Origin: a bacterium | Lineage (GTDB): Bacteria; Electryoneota; Electryoneia; Electryoneales; Electryoneaceae | Direction: 5' to 3' | Assembly: GCA_019912845.1 (NCBI GenBank) | Contig: JAIOHU010000228.1 | Span: forward strand, 1,509 to 65,508 | DNA: 64,000 nucleotides | Shown: piece by piece, positions 10,713 through 21,500 of the stretch | Layout: the number at the start of each line of letters is the position of its first letter | How positions within the stretch are numbered: the first letter of the stretch is position 1 | Position numbers and translations under genes: made by a program | The notes under the pieces: generated by a model | What the model was told of the DNA's origin: nothing | Databases searched by the model: none | Seen by the model: the letters and a program-made list of their open reading frames with translations, nothing else

Positions 10713-10814
10713 CTGGCTTTGGACTTGTCCAAAGTTTAATAAATCCGGTTGTGGTTCTATTAGAATAGCTCTTGTGAGGGAAATATTAAACCCTGGATAA
10801 ATCCAGGGCCAATC
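10713..10814. repeat. repeat family R4 (…ttggacttgtccaa…taata…ccctggataaatccagggccaatc)
   Basis: Near-palindrome tggacttgtcca plus perfect hairpin ccctggat-aa-atccaggg. Further copies at 49221-49297, partial at 52913-52970 and 22108-22146. Confidence 0.7.
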
Positions 10815-10895
10815 GGTTAATCCGAGTCAATCAATTCGTAGCAGTCTTTTCGCCATACAACTAAAAACTCCTGACTCCAAACTAATAACTGCCTT

Positions 10896-12602
10896 TCAGG
10901 GTAAATACACCAGCTTGGTTGTCGTGAGGTGCTGCCCTTCTTTCATCCAACGAACTAGATAAACACCGCTCGCCAGCGATTCACCCGGTGTCCATGTCTG
11001 TTCGAAAAGTCCGGCATGGTGGGTGGTGAGTGAATTTCTGGCAACTTCCTGTCCGGTGAGTGAATAGACAGTCCATTCGTAGTTTCCTGGATATGCTAAA
11101 TCCACACGAAGTGTCACAGTTCCGTTAAATGGATTGGGAAATGCGGAACGCAACCGGAACCCCTTCGGTTGCGCGAATTCGTTTTTGTTGTCAACCCCTG
11201 TGTCACGTCCCGCAACTGTCCCATCCGGATAAAGTTTATAGAGGTAGGTTTGCGGGTGGAACTGTCCATTTTGATAATTTACAGATACAACAACAGAACC
11301 ATCAGACAATCGAATACCATCGTTGATATCTGTTATTTGGAAATATGGGTGCGCACCCGGGCGATAATCAATCATCACGCCGTTGCGATCCCAGCGATTA
11401 ACAGCAACGGAATCGAAGTGAAAGGCGGCCAGTTCTGAGTGCCAGCCACCACCGCGACGGGTTATACCTCCGGCTATACAGGTAAATTCTCGTTGGTCTA
11501 GTGAGGGTATGAGCAAAGCATTTCTAGATACAATTCCTTCAATAGAATCAATTCGTGTTATTCGATTTCTATAGAACGCGTTGCCTTCAGAGGTTAATCG
11601 GTAAGCAAAATTTTCAGAAACAATCAGGACGCCACCATCAGAAGTTATTACTGGTGGAGATGTTTCATCTCCACCAATCGGTTCATCAATACCCTCCAAC
11701 CCCCACGGCAAATTCCCATCTGCTTCTACGCGTTGTACAGCTCCAACAGAAACATTACATATATAAACACTGTAGTCATCAGTGGGTGCAGTCATTGCGT
11801 GTCCAAAACGTTCAGTACTTACCTCAAGCGGCTCCTCTGAAGCCAATTCACCGGAACTCAGAATATGATACATGAAATAGAGAGGATATTCTCTTGAGAT
11901 GTAATAGGACACATAACATCCACCTCCTCCATCAGAACCGATTAGCGGGTAGGGGGTATATCCACTATGTTCACCCAGCACGATATCATGGTTAAGCTTT
12001 TGTGTGCCATCCGCATTGATTCCGCTGACATACATCAAATCATCCCTTTCCGGGTTTTCGTAGTATACCCAGAAACCGCCAGACTCATCAGGTTTAGCCA
12101 GTGGCCATTTGCCGAATGAGGGTATCCATTGGATATGGGGACGTTCCGATACCACCGCACCACTGGGACCAAACAGATATTCACCATCAAGTGAAATTGC
12201 CTGGGCGTATATACTCATGTCATAGTCACGATCAATATGGGCAGCGAAGCAGACAGTTACCCCGCCATCGGGACGTTGAACAGCACCGAACATATCTGTC
12301 ATATTCCAGTACAAAACCGAATCCGGGACAACAGGAATACCTCTCTCTGGAAATTGCGCATAGCCGGCAGAATCGAACTGCTGCACCCAGGTTTTTGGTA
12401 TAATATCCCCATTTGGGTCCTCATATACAAGCCAGAACCCACCATCTTCAATGGGAAACATCTGCATTGATCGTCCGGAACGTTCGTGGGTGATCATTAA
12501 TCCGCCTTCAACCCACTGGGCGTGTGTAGTGGTAGGAAGAGCGAGAAATATGAGTGTACTTAGGAGTAGGAATACAATCGGAATTGAAGTAGAGAGTTTC
12601 AT
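10896..12602 (-). CDS. secreted protein with type IX secretion (Por) C-terminal sorting domain; function unknown
   Basis: C-terminus FPNPFNGTVTLRVDLAYPGNYEWTVYSLTGQEVARNS…GVYLVRWMKEGQHLTTTKLVYLP is a T9SS CTD. Likely real start is ATG at 12602 (MKLSTSIPIVFLLLSTLIFLALPTTTHAQ signal peptide), not the ORF-track start 12749. Repetitive W/G-rich modules resemble those of the 18505 gene. Confidence 0.7.
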   Translation of the reverse strand: MKLSTSIPIVFLLLSTLIFLALPTTTHAQWVEGGLMITHERSGRSMQMFPIEDGGFWLVYEDPNGDIIPKTWVQQFDSAGYAQFPERGIPVVPDSVLYWNMTDMFGAVQRPDGGVTVCFAAHIDRDYDMSIYAQAISLDGEYLFGPSGAVVSERPHIQWIPSFGKWPLAKPDESGGFWVYYENPERDDLMYVSGINADGTQKLNHDIVLGEHSGYTPYPLIGSDGGGGCYVSYYISREYPLYFMYHILSSGELASEEPLEVSTERFGHAMTAPTDDYSVYICNVSVGAVQRVEADGNLPWGLEGIDEPIGGDETSPPVITSDGGVLIVSENFAYRLTSEGNAFYRNRITRIDSIEGIVSRNALLIPSLDQREFTCIAGGITRRGGGWHSELAAFHFDSVAVNRWDRNGVMIDYRPGAHPYFQITDINDGIRLSDGSVVVSVNYQNGQFHPQTYLYKLYPDGTVAGRDTGVDNKNEFAQPKGFRLRSAFPNPFNGTVTLRVDLAYPGNYEWTVYSLTGQEVARNSLTTHHAGLFEQTWTPGESLASGVYLVRWMKEGQHLTTTKLVYLP

Positions 12603-12837
12603 AATCAAAAGTGGGAGGTGACGCACTTCGTCATCCCCGCGAAGGCGGGGAACCAGACAAGAATAATGTTTAGGCAGTCTACTATTGGTACACGAATTTT
12701 CAGCGTATGAAACAGACTCAAGTTTTTTGTGATCAGAGGTTTTCTGCATACAAACCCTTCCAGTCAGGATTCATTTACTTGAAAATACGCACATACCTGC
12801 CATCAATTCAAATGCCGTAACGTACACATGCAATTTA

Positions 12838-12875
12838 CATGATATTCATGATTCAGGCATGATTAAAACATGATA
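12838..12875. promoter_or_regulatory. four helically phased direct repeats CATGAT[A/T] (spacing ~10-11 bp) in divergent intergenic region
   Basis: catgatattcatgattcaggcatgattaaaacatgata. Lies between divergently transcribed 10896..12602 (-) and 13179..14723 (+). Confidence 0.3.
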
Positions 12876-13019
12876 ACACCTTGAAATTGCATAACGAACA
12901 AACTGTGTATAAACAGGCACTAGAAAACGAATTGTTTTTTCTTATCTTACTTTGGTAAACTAAACAATTTTTAGCTCTTCGCTATTCTGTATGGGTTGAA
13001 ACTGTGTTCAGGTACCCTT

Positions 13020-13097
13020 GTCATTGCGAGAAAGCGTAGCGACGAAGCAATCTTATACTAACTTAAAGTTAGATTGCTTCACTTCGTTCGCAATGAC
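13020..13097. repeat. long imperfect hairpin (~30-bp arms) gtcattgcgag…gaagcaatc / gattgcttc…cgcaatgac with palindromic loop ctaacttaaagttag
   Basis: Seen directly in the sequence. Lies 80 bp upstream of the 13179 start. Confidence 0.5.
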
Positions 13098-13178
13098 TGA
13101 TATTCAGAGAATTCTTTTTACCCACGCTAAACAGCAAGGAACCCAATTTATTCTTCAAGTTCAGATCGGAGTTGAAAG

Positions 13179-14723
13179 TTGAACGATCAAGGCAGATTTT
13201 TCGTTGAACGTAAGGAGTGGATTTTCCTCGGAGCTTTTGCACTCCTGAAAATCCTGCTCCATCTATTTACAAGTTCCGGGTATGGCTATTTCAGGGATGA
13301 ACTCTATTACATCGTTTGCACAGAAAATCCAGCCTTCGGATATGTCGATCATCCACCATTTTCCATCTGGTTACTTAGTTTGGTACGTTTAGTACTCGGA
13401 GACAGTTTGCTTGCGATTCGTTCTTTACCTGCGGTATTGGGTGGATTGACTGTTTTTGTGCTCGGTTTGATGGTGCGTGAATTTGGGGGCAACAGATTCG
13501 CTCAGGCAATGGCGATGTTAACCTGGATCGCATCACCCATCCCCCTCGCGATCAACCATATCTACTCGATGAACTCCCTGGACTTCTTCATCTGGGCAAC
13601 GTTGGCGTTGATTTTTCTGCTCTTATTGAAACAGCCATCATTCCGTCTCTGGATGGTTTTTGGCGTACTTCTGGGTATTGGGTTGATGAATAAGGTCAGC
13701 CTTTTCTGGCTGGGGATCGGGGTTGTTGCCGGGTTGCTCCTCACCCGGCAACGGAGACAATTCCTCACCCCTGCACCTTGGATTGCCGCTGGGATCGCTC
13801 TATTGCTGTTCCTTCCCTATCTCCTTTGGAATATGAATCATGACTGGGCGACACTTGAATTTATGCGAAACGCTCGTGCATCAAAGATGCAATCTGTAGC
13901 TCCCCTGCAATTTTTCCTTCGTCAACTAATGATGATGCAACCCTATGTCGTGATCATAAGTCTACTTGGTATCGTTTACACCTTTCTCCCCAAGGGGATG
14001 AAAGACTATCGACCACTGGCGTGGTACTTTATCGCAATTATGATCTATCTGATTTCACAGAAACAAACAAAGGTATATTATCTCGCACCAGTGTATCTCC
14101 CTGTTTTGGCTCTGGGATCTGTATGGGTTGGTGAAATGTTGAATAAAGCGAGCCTGCGTTGGGTACAAATTGTAGTATTGTTGCTTATTCTCTCACAGGG
14201 CATTATCGCAGCACCATTTGGAATACCTGTTCTACCACCTGAAAAACACATTAGCTATGCTAAGAAATTTGGGGTTTCTCCCGGAAGCGAAGAGAAAAAA
14301 CAGACCGCAAAACTTCCACAATACTATGCTGATATGTTCGGTTGGCAAAATCTCGCAGAAACAGTTGCTCGTGTTTACAACATTCTCCCTGATGAGGATA
14401 AAAAACAGAGCCTGATTTATGCTGGAAATTACGGTGAAGCATCGGCAATTAAATTCTTTGGAAATAAATACAATCTGCCTGTGGTAATGAGCAGTCACAA
14501 TAATTACTGGATTTGGGGGATACCGGATTATGAGGTCACCACCTATATTGTCGTGGGGGGTGGTCCGGTTAGTTTACGTCAGATATTTAATGAAGTGACG
14601 TTGATTGAACTCACTCAATGTAAATACTGCATGCCCTATGAAGCTAACCTGGGAATTTACGTTTGCCGTGGCTTAAAAAGCGAGCTGGATAAATTGTGGG
14701 AGGATCTGAAAAATTTTCAGTGA
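13179..14723 (+). CDS. membrane glycosyltransferase, GT39/GT83 (ArnT/PMT-like) family
   Basis: ~12 TM. Conserved first-loop DELYY and DHPP motifs (RDELYYIVC…GYVDHPPFSIWL) typical of ArnT/PMT-type lipid-linked sugar transferases. Large C-terminal soluble domain. TTG start assumed. Confidence 0.65.
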   Translation: MNDQGRFFVERKEWIFLGAFALLKILLHLFTSSGYGYFRDELYYIVCTENPAFGYVDHPPFSIWLLSLVRLVLGDSLLAIRSLPAVLGGLTVFVLGLMVREFGGNRFAQAMAMLTWIASPIPLAINHIYSMNSLDFFIWATLALIFLLLLKQPSFRLWMVFGVLLGIGLMNKVSLFWLGIGVVAGLLLTRQRRQFLTPAPWIAAGIALLLFLPYLLWNMNHDWATLEFMRNARASKMQSVAPLQFFLRQLMMMQPYVVIISLLGIVYTFLPKGMKDYRPLAWYFIAIMIYLISQKQTKVYYLAPVYLPVLALGSVWVGEMLNKASLRWVQIVVLLLILSQGIIAAPFGIPVLPPEKHISYAKKFGVSPGSEEKKQTAKLPQYYADMFGWQNLAETVARVYNILPDEDKKQSLIYAGNYGEASAIKFFGNKYNLPVVMSSHNNYWIWGIPDYEVTTYIVVGGGPVSLRQIFNEVTLIELTQCKYCMPYEANLGIYVCRGLKSELDKLWEDLKNFQ

Positions 14724-14758
14724 ATAAAATTCTAGAATCATATTTCGATTCGAAAATT

Positions 14759-16027
14759 TTATATGAAGAGTGCCCTCAACAGGAAGAAAATCCCGATTGC
14801 AAGTACCCCGGCAACAGGAAGAGTCAACAACCAGGAGCCACCAATCGATTTTACCACCTTGAGGTTGATTGAGTCTACACCTTGTGCTATTCCGATTCCC
14901 AACACCGCTCCCACAAGCGTATGAGTTGTGGATATCGGCAATCCCAGGAGTGAACACACCAGTACAACAGTTGCTGCAGAAAATTCCGCGGAGAAGCCGC
15001 GTGATGGAGTCAGCTTGGTGATATTTTTTCCCACAGTATACATCACTTTGTACCCTTGAGTCAGCAGACCCAAAACTATTCCCAGCCCCCCCATTACAAG
15101 TATCCAGAGCGGAACAGGGACCTGTAAGGCTACTACTCCCTGGTTTACTGTTGCGATCACCGCAGCGACAGGACCGATTGCATTTGCAACATCATTCGCG
15201 CCGTGAGCAAATGCGACATAGGCTGCTGTTATCGCCTGCAAAAACATGAAGACACGTTCGATACTTTTAGCGTCGTCCAGTTTTTTTCGCGAACGTTTCA
15301 AAATGAAAGAGTGTATCTGTGAAGCCAGAACGAAGATTACAACTGCTAGACCTAATGAAATAAAGGGGGAAACTGAAAGATGGAGATTTTTAAAACCCTT
15401 GTAAATTATGGAAAGTAATATAATTGAAAACGTCAGACCGGTAAAAAGTGGACCCCAGAATTTGAAAGCTTTATCAGAATCCTCGCTTCCGAAAATTCGC
15501 TTCCTGATGAGGTTAAACAACAAATACGCAACCAGCCCTCCACATAACGGGGATACGATCCATGAAAGCACGATCTGGAAAACTTTCATCCAGTTTACCG
15601 CACTGAAACCATATACGACCAGCCCGAATCCAACAACCGCACCAACAATTGAATGTGTTGTCGAAACCGGTAAACCAAAAAGCGTAGCACCATGCAACCA
15701 GAGTGCTGCTGCAAGTAGTGCCGCGAGCATTCCAAGAATTAAAAGAGTAGGATCTGACTCAAACAATTCGACATTAATGATACCTTTGCGAATGGTATTC
15801 GTGACACTACCGCCAACCAGTACAGCACCGGCAAACTCCATTGTACCAGCGATAACTATTGCCTGGCGAAAGGTTAGTGTCTCAGAGCCTACCGATGTCG
15901 CCATCGCATTCGCAACATCATTCGCTCCAATTGTCCACGCCATATAGAGCCCGAAGACAACGGAGAGTATTGCTGCAATCAATAGTGAGGTATCCTGGGT
16001 ACCAAACCAGAGCTGAAGAAATTCCAT
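14759..16027 (-). CDS. pit: inorganic phosphate transporter, PiT family
   Basis: Duplicated GANDVANA signature (WTIGANDVANAMATSVGS; FAHGANDVANAIGPVA). 422 aa polytopic. Confidence 0.9.
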   Translation of the reverse strand: MEFLQLWFGTQDTSLLIAAILSVVFGLYMAWTIGANDVANAMATSVGSETLTFRQAIVIAGTMEFAGAVLVGGSVTNTIRKGIINVELFESDPTLLILGMLAALLAAALWLHGATLFGLPVSTTHSIVGAVVGFGLVVYGFSAVNWMKVFQIVLSWIVSPLCGGLVAYLLFNLIRKRIFGSEDSDKAFKFWGPLFTGLTFSIILLSIIYKGFKNLHLSVSPFISLGLAVVIFVLASQIHSFILKRSRKKLDDAKSIERVFMFLQAITAAYVAFAHGANDVANAIGPVAAVIATVNQGVVALQVPVPLWILVMGGLGIVLGLLTQGYKVMYTVGKNITKLTPSRGFSAEFSAATVVLVCSLLGLPISTTHTLVGAVLGIGIAQGVDSINLKVVKSIGGSWLLTLPVAGVLAIGIFFLLRALFI

Positions 16028-16030
16028 TCT

Positions 16031-16783
16031 CTACTCTGCGACCATCAATCTGATATAATCAGTCATACTTTCCGCACTGTTTGCAAGTTTTCCCAACGCC
16101 TGTATTACAGCTAATAAAGTATAGCTGGATGCGAAATCCCAGTTTGCATCCTGGATAGATAGTATACAACGTACGAGTCGAAATTGATGCTTATCCGCTT
16201 CGTGCTCGTGTTTACCTACTTTATCTGCGATTTCACGAAGTTCTTCGGTGATTTTTCCTGAGAATGCAGCATTTTTCAGTTCATTGAGACGTTCAAACAT
16301 GCGTGCCGCCTCTTTCGCCGCCGCGACCGCCTCTTCTGCCAGAGCGATAAACTCCTTCTTGAACTCAGAAACATTCTGATCGCAAGGTTTTTCGGGAAGC
16401 TGCATTGGACGAACTGTAAGCATCATCGCCATATCTTCCACATTATCCGCAATGTTATCTTGCTGCTTCAGGTACGCCAGCAAATCTGGACGGGACACGG
16501 GAAGCAATTTTGCTTTGGGGAGAGAGTCACGTATTGCTAACTTGATTTTATCGGCTTCATGTTCGAGGGTAAAGACCTCTTTAGAAAGTTCCTTTACCTT
16601 TTCAAAATCCCCATCGAGAGCAGTATTAAGAAGGGGTAATGCATACTCCAGGCACTCCATCACTTTTTCGAGGTGATCACCAAGCTGGTCAAAAGGTGAT
16701 GCGCCTCCTATTAGTTTGGATAAAATATTCATATCGACCGCCAAATTAAACAGATCGTCAGGACATCTCTTGAGAAGATACAC
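16031..16783 (-). CDS. DUF47 family Pit accessory / PhoU-like protein
   Basis: Helical protein immediately upstream of and co-oriented with pit, the usual DUF47-PiT pairing. Repeated HEAD/HEHEADK motifs. Confidence 0.75.
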   Translation of the reverse strand: MYLLKRCPDDLFNLAVDMNILSKLIGGASPFDQLGDHLEKVMECLEYALPLLNTALDGDFEKVKELSKEVFTLEHEADKIKLAIRDSLPKAKLLPVSRPDLLAYLKQQDNIADNVEDMAMMLTVRPMQLPEKPCDQNVSEFKKEFIALAEEAVAAAKEAARMFERLNELKNAAFSGKITEELREIADKVGKHEHEADKHQFRLVRCILSIQDANWDFASSYTLLAVIQALGKLANSAESMTDYIRLMVAE

Positions 16784-17032
16784 ATCGGTAAAATTCTAAC
16801 AAATAAATGCCGAAAAGTCAGAAATTACATATAGCCAAAATCTTTATTTTATAATCGCTTACTCTTGATCAAACGATTGTGAAATATTGATCAATTCCGT
16901 TAGTTTTTTGTTAGGAACAGGGCAAAGATACAACATTCTCGGTTGGAATTCACACGTTTTAGGCCATGTTGCTCTGATCGTTTTTGGACAAACTTTAAGA
17001 AACCCAGTACTTCCGTTGAAGCAATTTCCAAT

Positions 17033-17105
17033 CGCGTCATTCCAGCATGGTGTCAGCTGGATTCGTAGAACCCTGCCGCAGGCAGAGCATCCAGGAAGGC
17101 ATTGA
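17033..17105. repeat. R1 element, long variant, reverse orientation (cgcgtcattccagcatggtgtcagctgg…catccaggaaggcattg)
   Basis: Family defined by ends caatacCTTCCTGGATG … GCTGGCATGACGCGG with internal hairpin ccagc..gctgg. Other copies at 18226-18268, 25291-25339, 38052-38127, 45575-46070 (x6), 59041-59092 (variant), 63294-63339. Confidence 0.7.
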
Positions 17106-17217
17106 TATTATTGATTTTAAGTATTCAACATATACGCAATATTCAAGAAATATCTGATTTATTTATTTTCAGGCTACCTGTCTAGTAGACTTGGAACACT
17201 CAAATGTGTCTACTTGC

Positions 17218-17526
17218 CTACCCCTGAAAACCAAATTGCTTGTCGCTATCCTGTTTGCCATGCACTTTTATTTCACCATAAGTATCTTCATACTTTTTGA
17301 TGTTCTTTTCTAATGCTGAAAAGAGATTTTTTGCGTGCGCCGGTGCAAGGATCACACGAGTCTGTACCTTTGCCTGCTGGCTTCCCGGCACCAAACGTGC
17401 GAAATCCAGCACAAATTCTGCGGGTGAGTGATTGAGAAGTACCAGATTTGCGTAGTGACCGTCTGCGACTTCATCTTCCAATTTGATTTGAATACGTTGC
17501 TGCTGTGGTTGGTTTGCCATGAGCAT
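17218..17526 (-). CDS. DUF3467 domain protein
   Basis: QRIQIKLEDEVADGHYANLVLLNHSPAEFVLDFARLVPG…AKVQTRVILAPAHAKNL matches the conserved small DUF3467 family common in FCB-group bacteria. Confidence 0.65.
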   Translation of the reverse strand: MLMANQPQQQRIQIKLEDEVADGHYANLVLLNHSPAEFVLDFARLVPGSQQAKVQTRVILAPAHAKNLFSALEKNIKKYEDTYGEIKVHGKQDSDKQFGFQG

Positions 17527-17916
17527 CTCCTCATATTATCATATTCTTGTTAGAGTTGAAAAATTGAAGAATTTCGGAAATAGAAGGTATAAATTTAAGG
17601 TATACATCGAAAGTAATTTGAATCAACCCGCTCCAGACAACAAACGCCCATCTGTTTGAGATGGGCGCAAGCTTCAGGGGAGAAGGACATAATAATTTCA
17701 TGCCGTACATCTTGGATGCAGGGAGATTCAGAAAGTTTTCACAATCTGGAGCTCTGCGAGATCATGAATCTTCAACATTCAAGACTGAGTCTCCCTGAAG
17801 TTAGCCAGCATTGACTATTTTGTTACTCTCTTCTATCTTGAGCCACGGTTAAAACAAGATAATTCCTACTCCCTGGATGAGTCTGATTTAACCACAATCT
17901 GAATTTTATTTTACTT

Positions 17917-17990
17917 GCCCGCATAGCTCAGCTGGATAGAGCGTCTGCCTCCGGAGCAGAAGGTCATGGGTTCGAATCCCGTTGCGGGTA
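17917..17990 (+). tRNA. tRNA-Arg (anticodon CCG)
   Basis: Cloverleaf read by hand. Acceptor gcccgca/tgcgggt. D-arm gctc-agctggatag-agcg. Anticodon stem tctgc/gcaga with loop cuCCGga. T-arm atggg-ttcgaat-cccgt. 74 nt, no encoded CCA. Confidence 0.85.
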
Positions 17991-18160
17991 CAATAAATAC
18001 AAGGGTTTACACTAAGCATTTTGAGAATACCTGGGTAGTATGTGATGAGAGGTTAGACGAATACTCATTTGGATTACATACCCACAATTTCCATTCAGGT
18101 TTAATTGACTTACCCTACTCACCTCCAGTTATTCAAATCTTATTAAAGAACATGTCCCTT

Positions 18161-18301
18161 AGACCCGACGCAGAGCATCGGGCCATCTGAATGGAGCGCC
18201 ACACTCCAGTGTGGCATCACCACCTCACGTCATGCCAGCATGGTGTTAGCTGGCATCCAGGAAGGTATTCACAGGTTCCGCGACATCCGTAGATGTTGCG
18301 G
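18161..18301. repeat. composite repeat block immediately downstream of tRNA-Arg
   Basis: Block contains agacccgacgcagagcatcgggccatc (also at 63204-63230 on opposite strand), R2 hairpin atggagcgccacactccagtgtggca, R1 short element, and R5 hairpin ccgcgacatccgtagatgttgcgg. Each has copies elsewhere in the window. Confidence 0.7.
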
Positions 18302-18504
18302 AACTCGGAAGGAATTAATCAAAGTACCATCCAGCCTGCTACTTGCCTCTTAGAGTCATATTACAAATCCATAAAATTACTTTAAATGTCTTTCTCTAAA
18401 AGAATTCGACCTATATATTAAATAAAGAAGGGATAATAATTAGAGTAGATTATTACCCTTATGAATTCATTGCACGGTTAAATACAAGTGGTAGGGAGGG
18501 CACC

Positions 18505-21500
18505 ATGATCAGCAACTTGACTACTTCGCACTCATTTTTAACAGTTGTTTGTTTCCTACTCGTTTTACTCCTTTCGTTTTTCAATACTTCCGCACAAGAA
18601 TATCGTCAATGGCAGCATCCTGAAACTGGTTCTTACGATGGCGTACCAGTGCGTGAAGGATTGCATTGTGAAATGACAGAGTCCGGATTGGCATCAAACA
18701 GTGAACTGCAACGATCCTGCGTCACTTGGTCTCAAGCAGATTTTGGAAACTTCAATGTCTATGCGAACCAATATGACCAGCGTGGTGAACCGATGTGGGG
18801 CGATGAGGGAACTGTTATCTGCAATGCAGAGGATATTCAACATGAGGCTTCTGTTTTTCAATCGCAAGATGGAACCTGGTTACTATTCTGGAAAGATTAT
18901 CGCGATGCAGACATAAATACCTTTTGTCCTGCACTATATGGACAAAGAGTAACCCCCGATGGTGAATTCCTGTGGGAAGAGAATGGCAGAGAAATTATTT
19001 CTGCTGCGGATGCAGCATACTCAATAGAGATGTTGCCTGACCGTTTGGGTGGTTTCTATGTAATTCAAAGGTTTACTGCCAGTGGACCTAGCGAGATAAA
19101 TCGTCTGGACGAGAACGGTGAATTACTATGGGAAAACAATATTACGGTTCCTTCAGATGAACGTCAACTGGAATTTAGCCCACGCTGGAAATATTCTGCT
19201 TCACAAGATGGAGTGCTATTTAGCTTCTATGAAAACTCATATACATTGATCGCAGAGAAGCTGTCCTTGGACGGTGAGTCAGCATGGGATGGACCTGAGC
19301 AAGTTCACGACAGTTATGTTGGCGAATCTCACTCATGTCTTCTTGGCAACTCTGGTAGAAGTTATTTTGTTGCAAGGCTTAGAACCAATGATATACATGC
19401 ACAGTTGATTGATCAAAATGGTTTTCGCCCCTGGGGTGGTCATGGCGAAATAATAAATAATGGAGCTGTTTTCCCTTCAGAAATTCAAATGATTGTTGAT
19501 GAAGATGAAAATATAACTGTGTTATGGCGTAGAAACGGCTACAATACTTCAAATATCACCATGCAAAGGTTCCGAGAAAATAATGGAATTGAATTTCTTT
19601 TAAACCAAGGGCAGGAACAAATAATCGTCTCGCAAACTGAAAGATTAACTCAATTTCAGAGTATTAAAATGCTGAACGGTGACTTATTTGTCACATGGAA
19701 CACAGATCCCGATCCAATGCACTATGGAGTGGGTGAAATCTATGCGCAAATTTTTGATGCTGAGGGAATCGAAAGATTTGAGCCTGAAGAATTTTATTCT
19801 GGTGTCAGAATTACGGAAAATTATTCACGTCCCCCTTCCATTGGACAACCCACTGCAAATAGCATTGCTCTCGCAGGATGGATGAACGGACAGCCTCGAT
19901 TTCAGCAGATCAATTCGATGTTCGACCCCGACCGTTTAGCGGCAGAACTGGACGATAATGCGACTCTACCCTTCAAGGATATATTTGGCAGCAACTTTCT
20001 GGTTCATGAAGCAGGCGGATTGCCGCTTCATGATGGATATGCCGGTTCGGGAAAATCCCCTCAAATGGCTAAGATAGCTGGCGAGGAAGCCCTCCTCATT
20101 AATTGGGTAGATGACCGCGAGTACGCAGATAATATCATTTTACAGAAATTAAGTTCTGTGGACGGCAGCAAGATTTGGGCGGATGACGACATCATAGCCT
20201 TCCCTGGAGTATTTGAATTTAAAGATTTAACGGGTCTGTACTATGGAGATTACGATTACGTCCTGGATCAAAACCGCTATGTTTATTGCTCAAGAACGCT
20301 TCAAAATCACACCAATTCTGCGGTACATGTCCAGAAAATTGATCTGGTGAGTGGTGATATTTTTTGGGGTGATCTGGGCAGTGCATCAAACGAGGATTTC
20401 GCTGACATTGGAGATAGAAATTCACAATTGGTGATCGCTGAAAATGGCGAGGTAGTGGTATTTTTTACGCTTTTTCCCCAGCAAACTATCCGGGCACAAC
20501 GTTTTTCTTCGGACGGTTCACGCCTTTGGGGTGAATATGGTAGAAATGTGTTGGAATTTGATACGGGAGAATACTGTCTGCTTGAAGCTGTCTCGATCTC
20601 GCAGGATGTTGCCATATTAATACTGAGTGCGTCAACTGACCACGCTGATCATGATACGTTGTATGTGGCAGAGATAAACCTTAATGACCCTGGAGCTGAA
20701 CAGGAACTCATTAGATTGAATAATCCTGAGTTCCCAGTGATTAATGTTCAGATAAGAAAAATATCCGAGAGTATTTATGTGTTCTGGGAGCATTTCAATT
20801 CTGGAAATCCTGAGCATCCTCTGATACAGTTCTTTGGTCAACGTATCTCAGACCAATTGGAAATTGAGTGGGAAGAAGAGGGAAGAATATTGGAAGTACC
20901 ACCTGAGGTTTACAGCGACATTTGTCTTAGCGTGATTCCAGATCAAAGTGGTTTCTGGATTAGCTCAACAGACAGGTATCACACGAGTTGCTATATTCAA
21001 AAATACAATGTTGATGGTTCACCTCAGTACGAAGACTTCTGGGAATTTTCATTGGAGGATGGTACTCCCACATATTGTCCGATCATCCAGGCTCGGAATG
21101 ATGGTGATTTATGGCTGATATGGTCAGAATTTATCGAGGGTTATTTTTCAGGTTTTGTAACAAGATTTACTCGTCTGACGGACGGTGGAGAACCCGCTGA
21201 AGGTTACAATGAGAATGGATTCAGTCTTTGTGCCCAAAGAGGTGATGCAACGCGTAATGGTTCAATCCTACCCGCTGATAACGGTGGATTTTATGCTTGC
21301 TGGGAGGACTTTCGAGCTAGTGATGACGATCCATTATTTGATATTTATGCACAGAAAGTGAATGATGGGATGGGATTTGCCACATCGGTCAATGCAAACA
21401 AGAAATCACTTCCTATGGAATATCAACTCTATAGCCCTTACCCAAATCCATTTAACAATGAGACACAGATACTTTTTGATCTACCCAAAACCTCACAAGT

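Noticed and set aside
17966-18190. ORF-track entries 17966..18190 and 63066..63272 (share the peptide RPDAEHRAI)
   Set aside because: They overlap the tRNA-Arg 3' half and the composite repeat block. The shared peptide is just translation of the repeated agacccgacgc.gagcatcgggccatc module.
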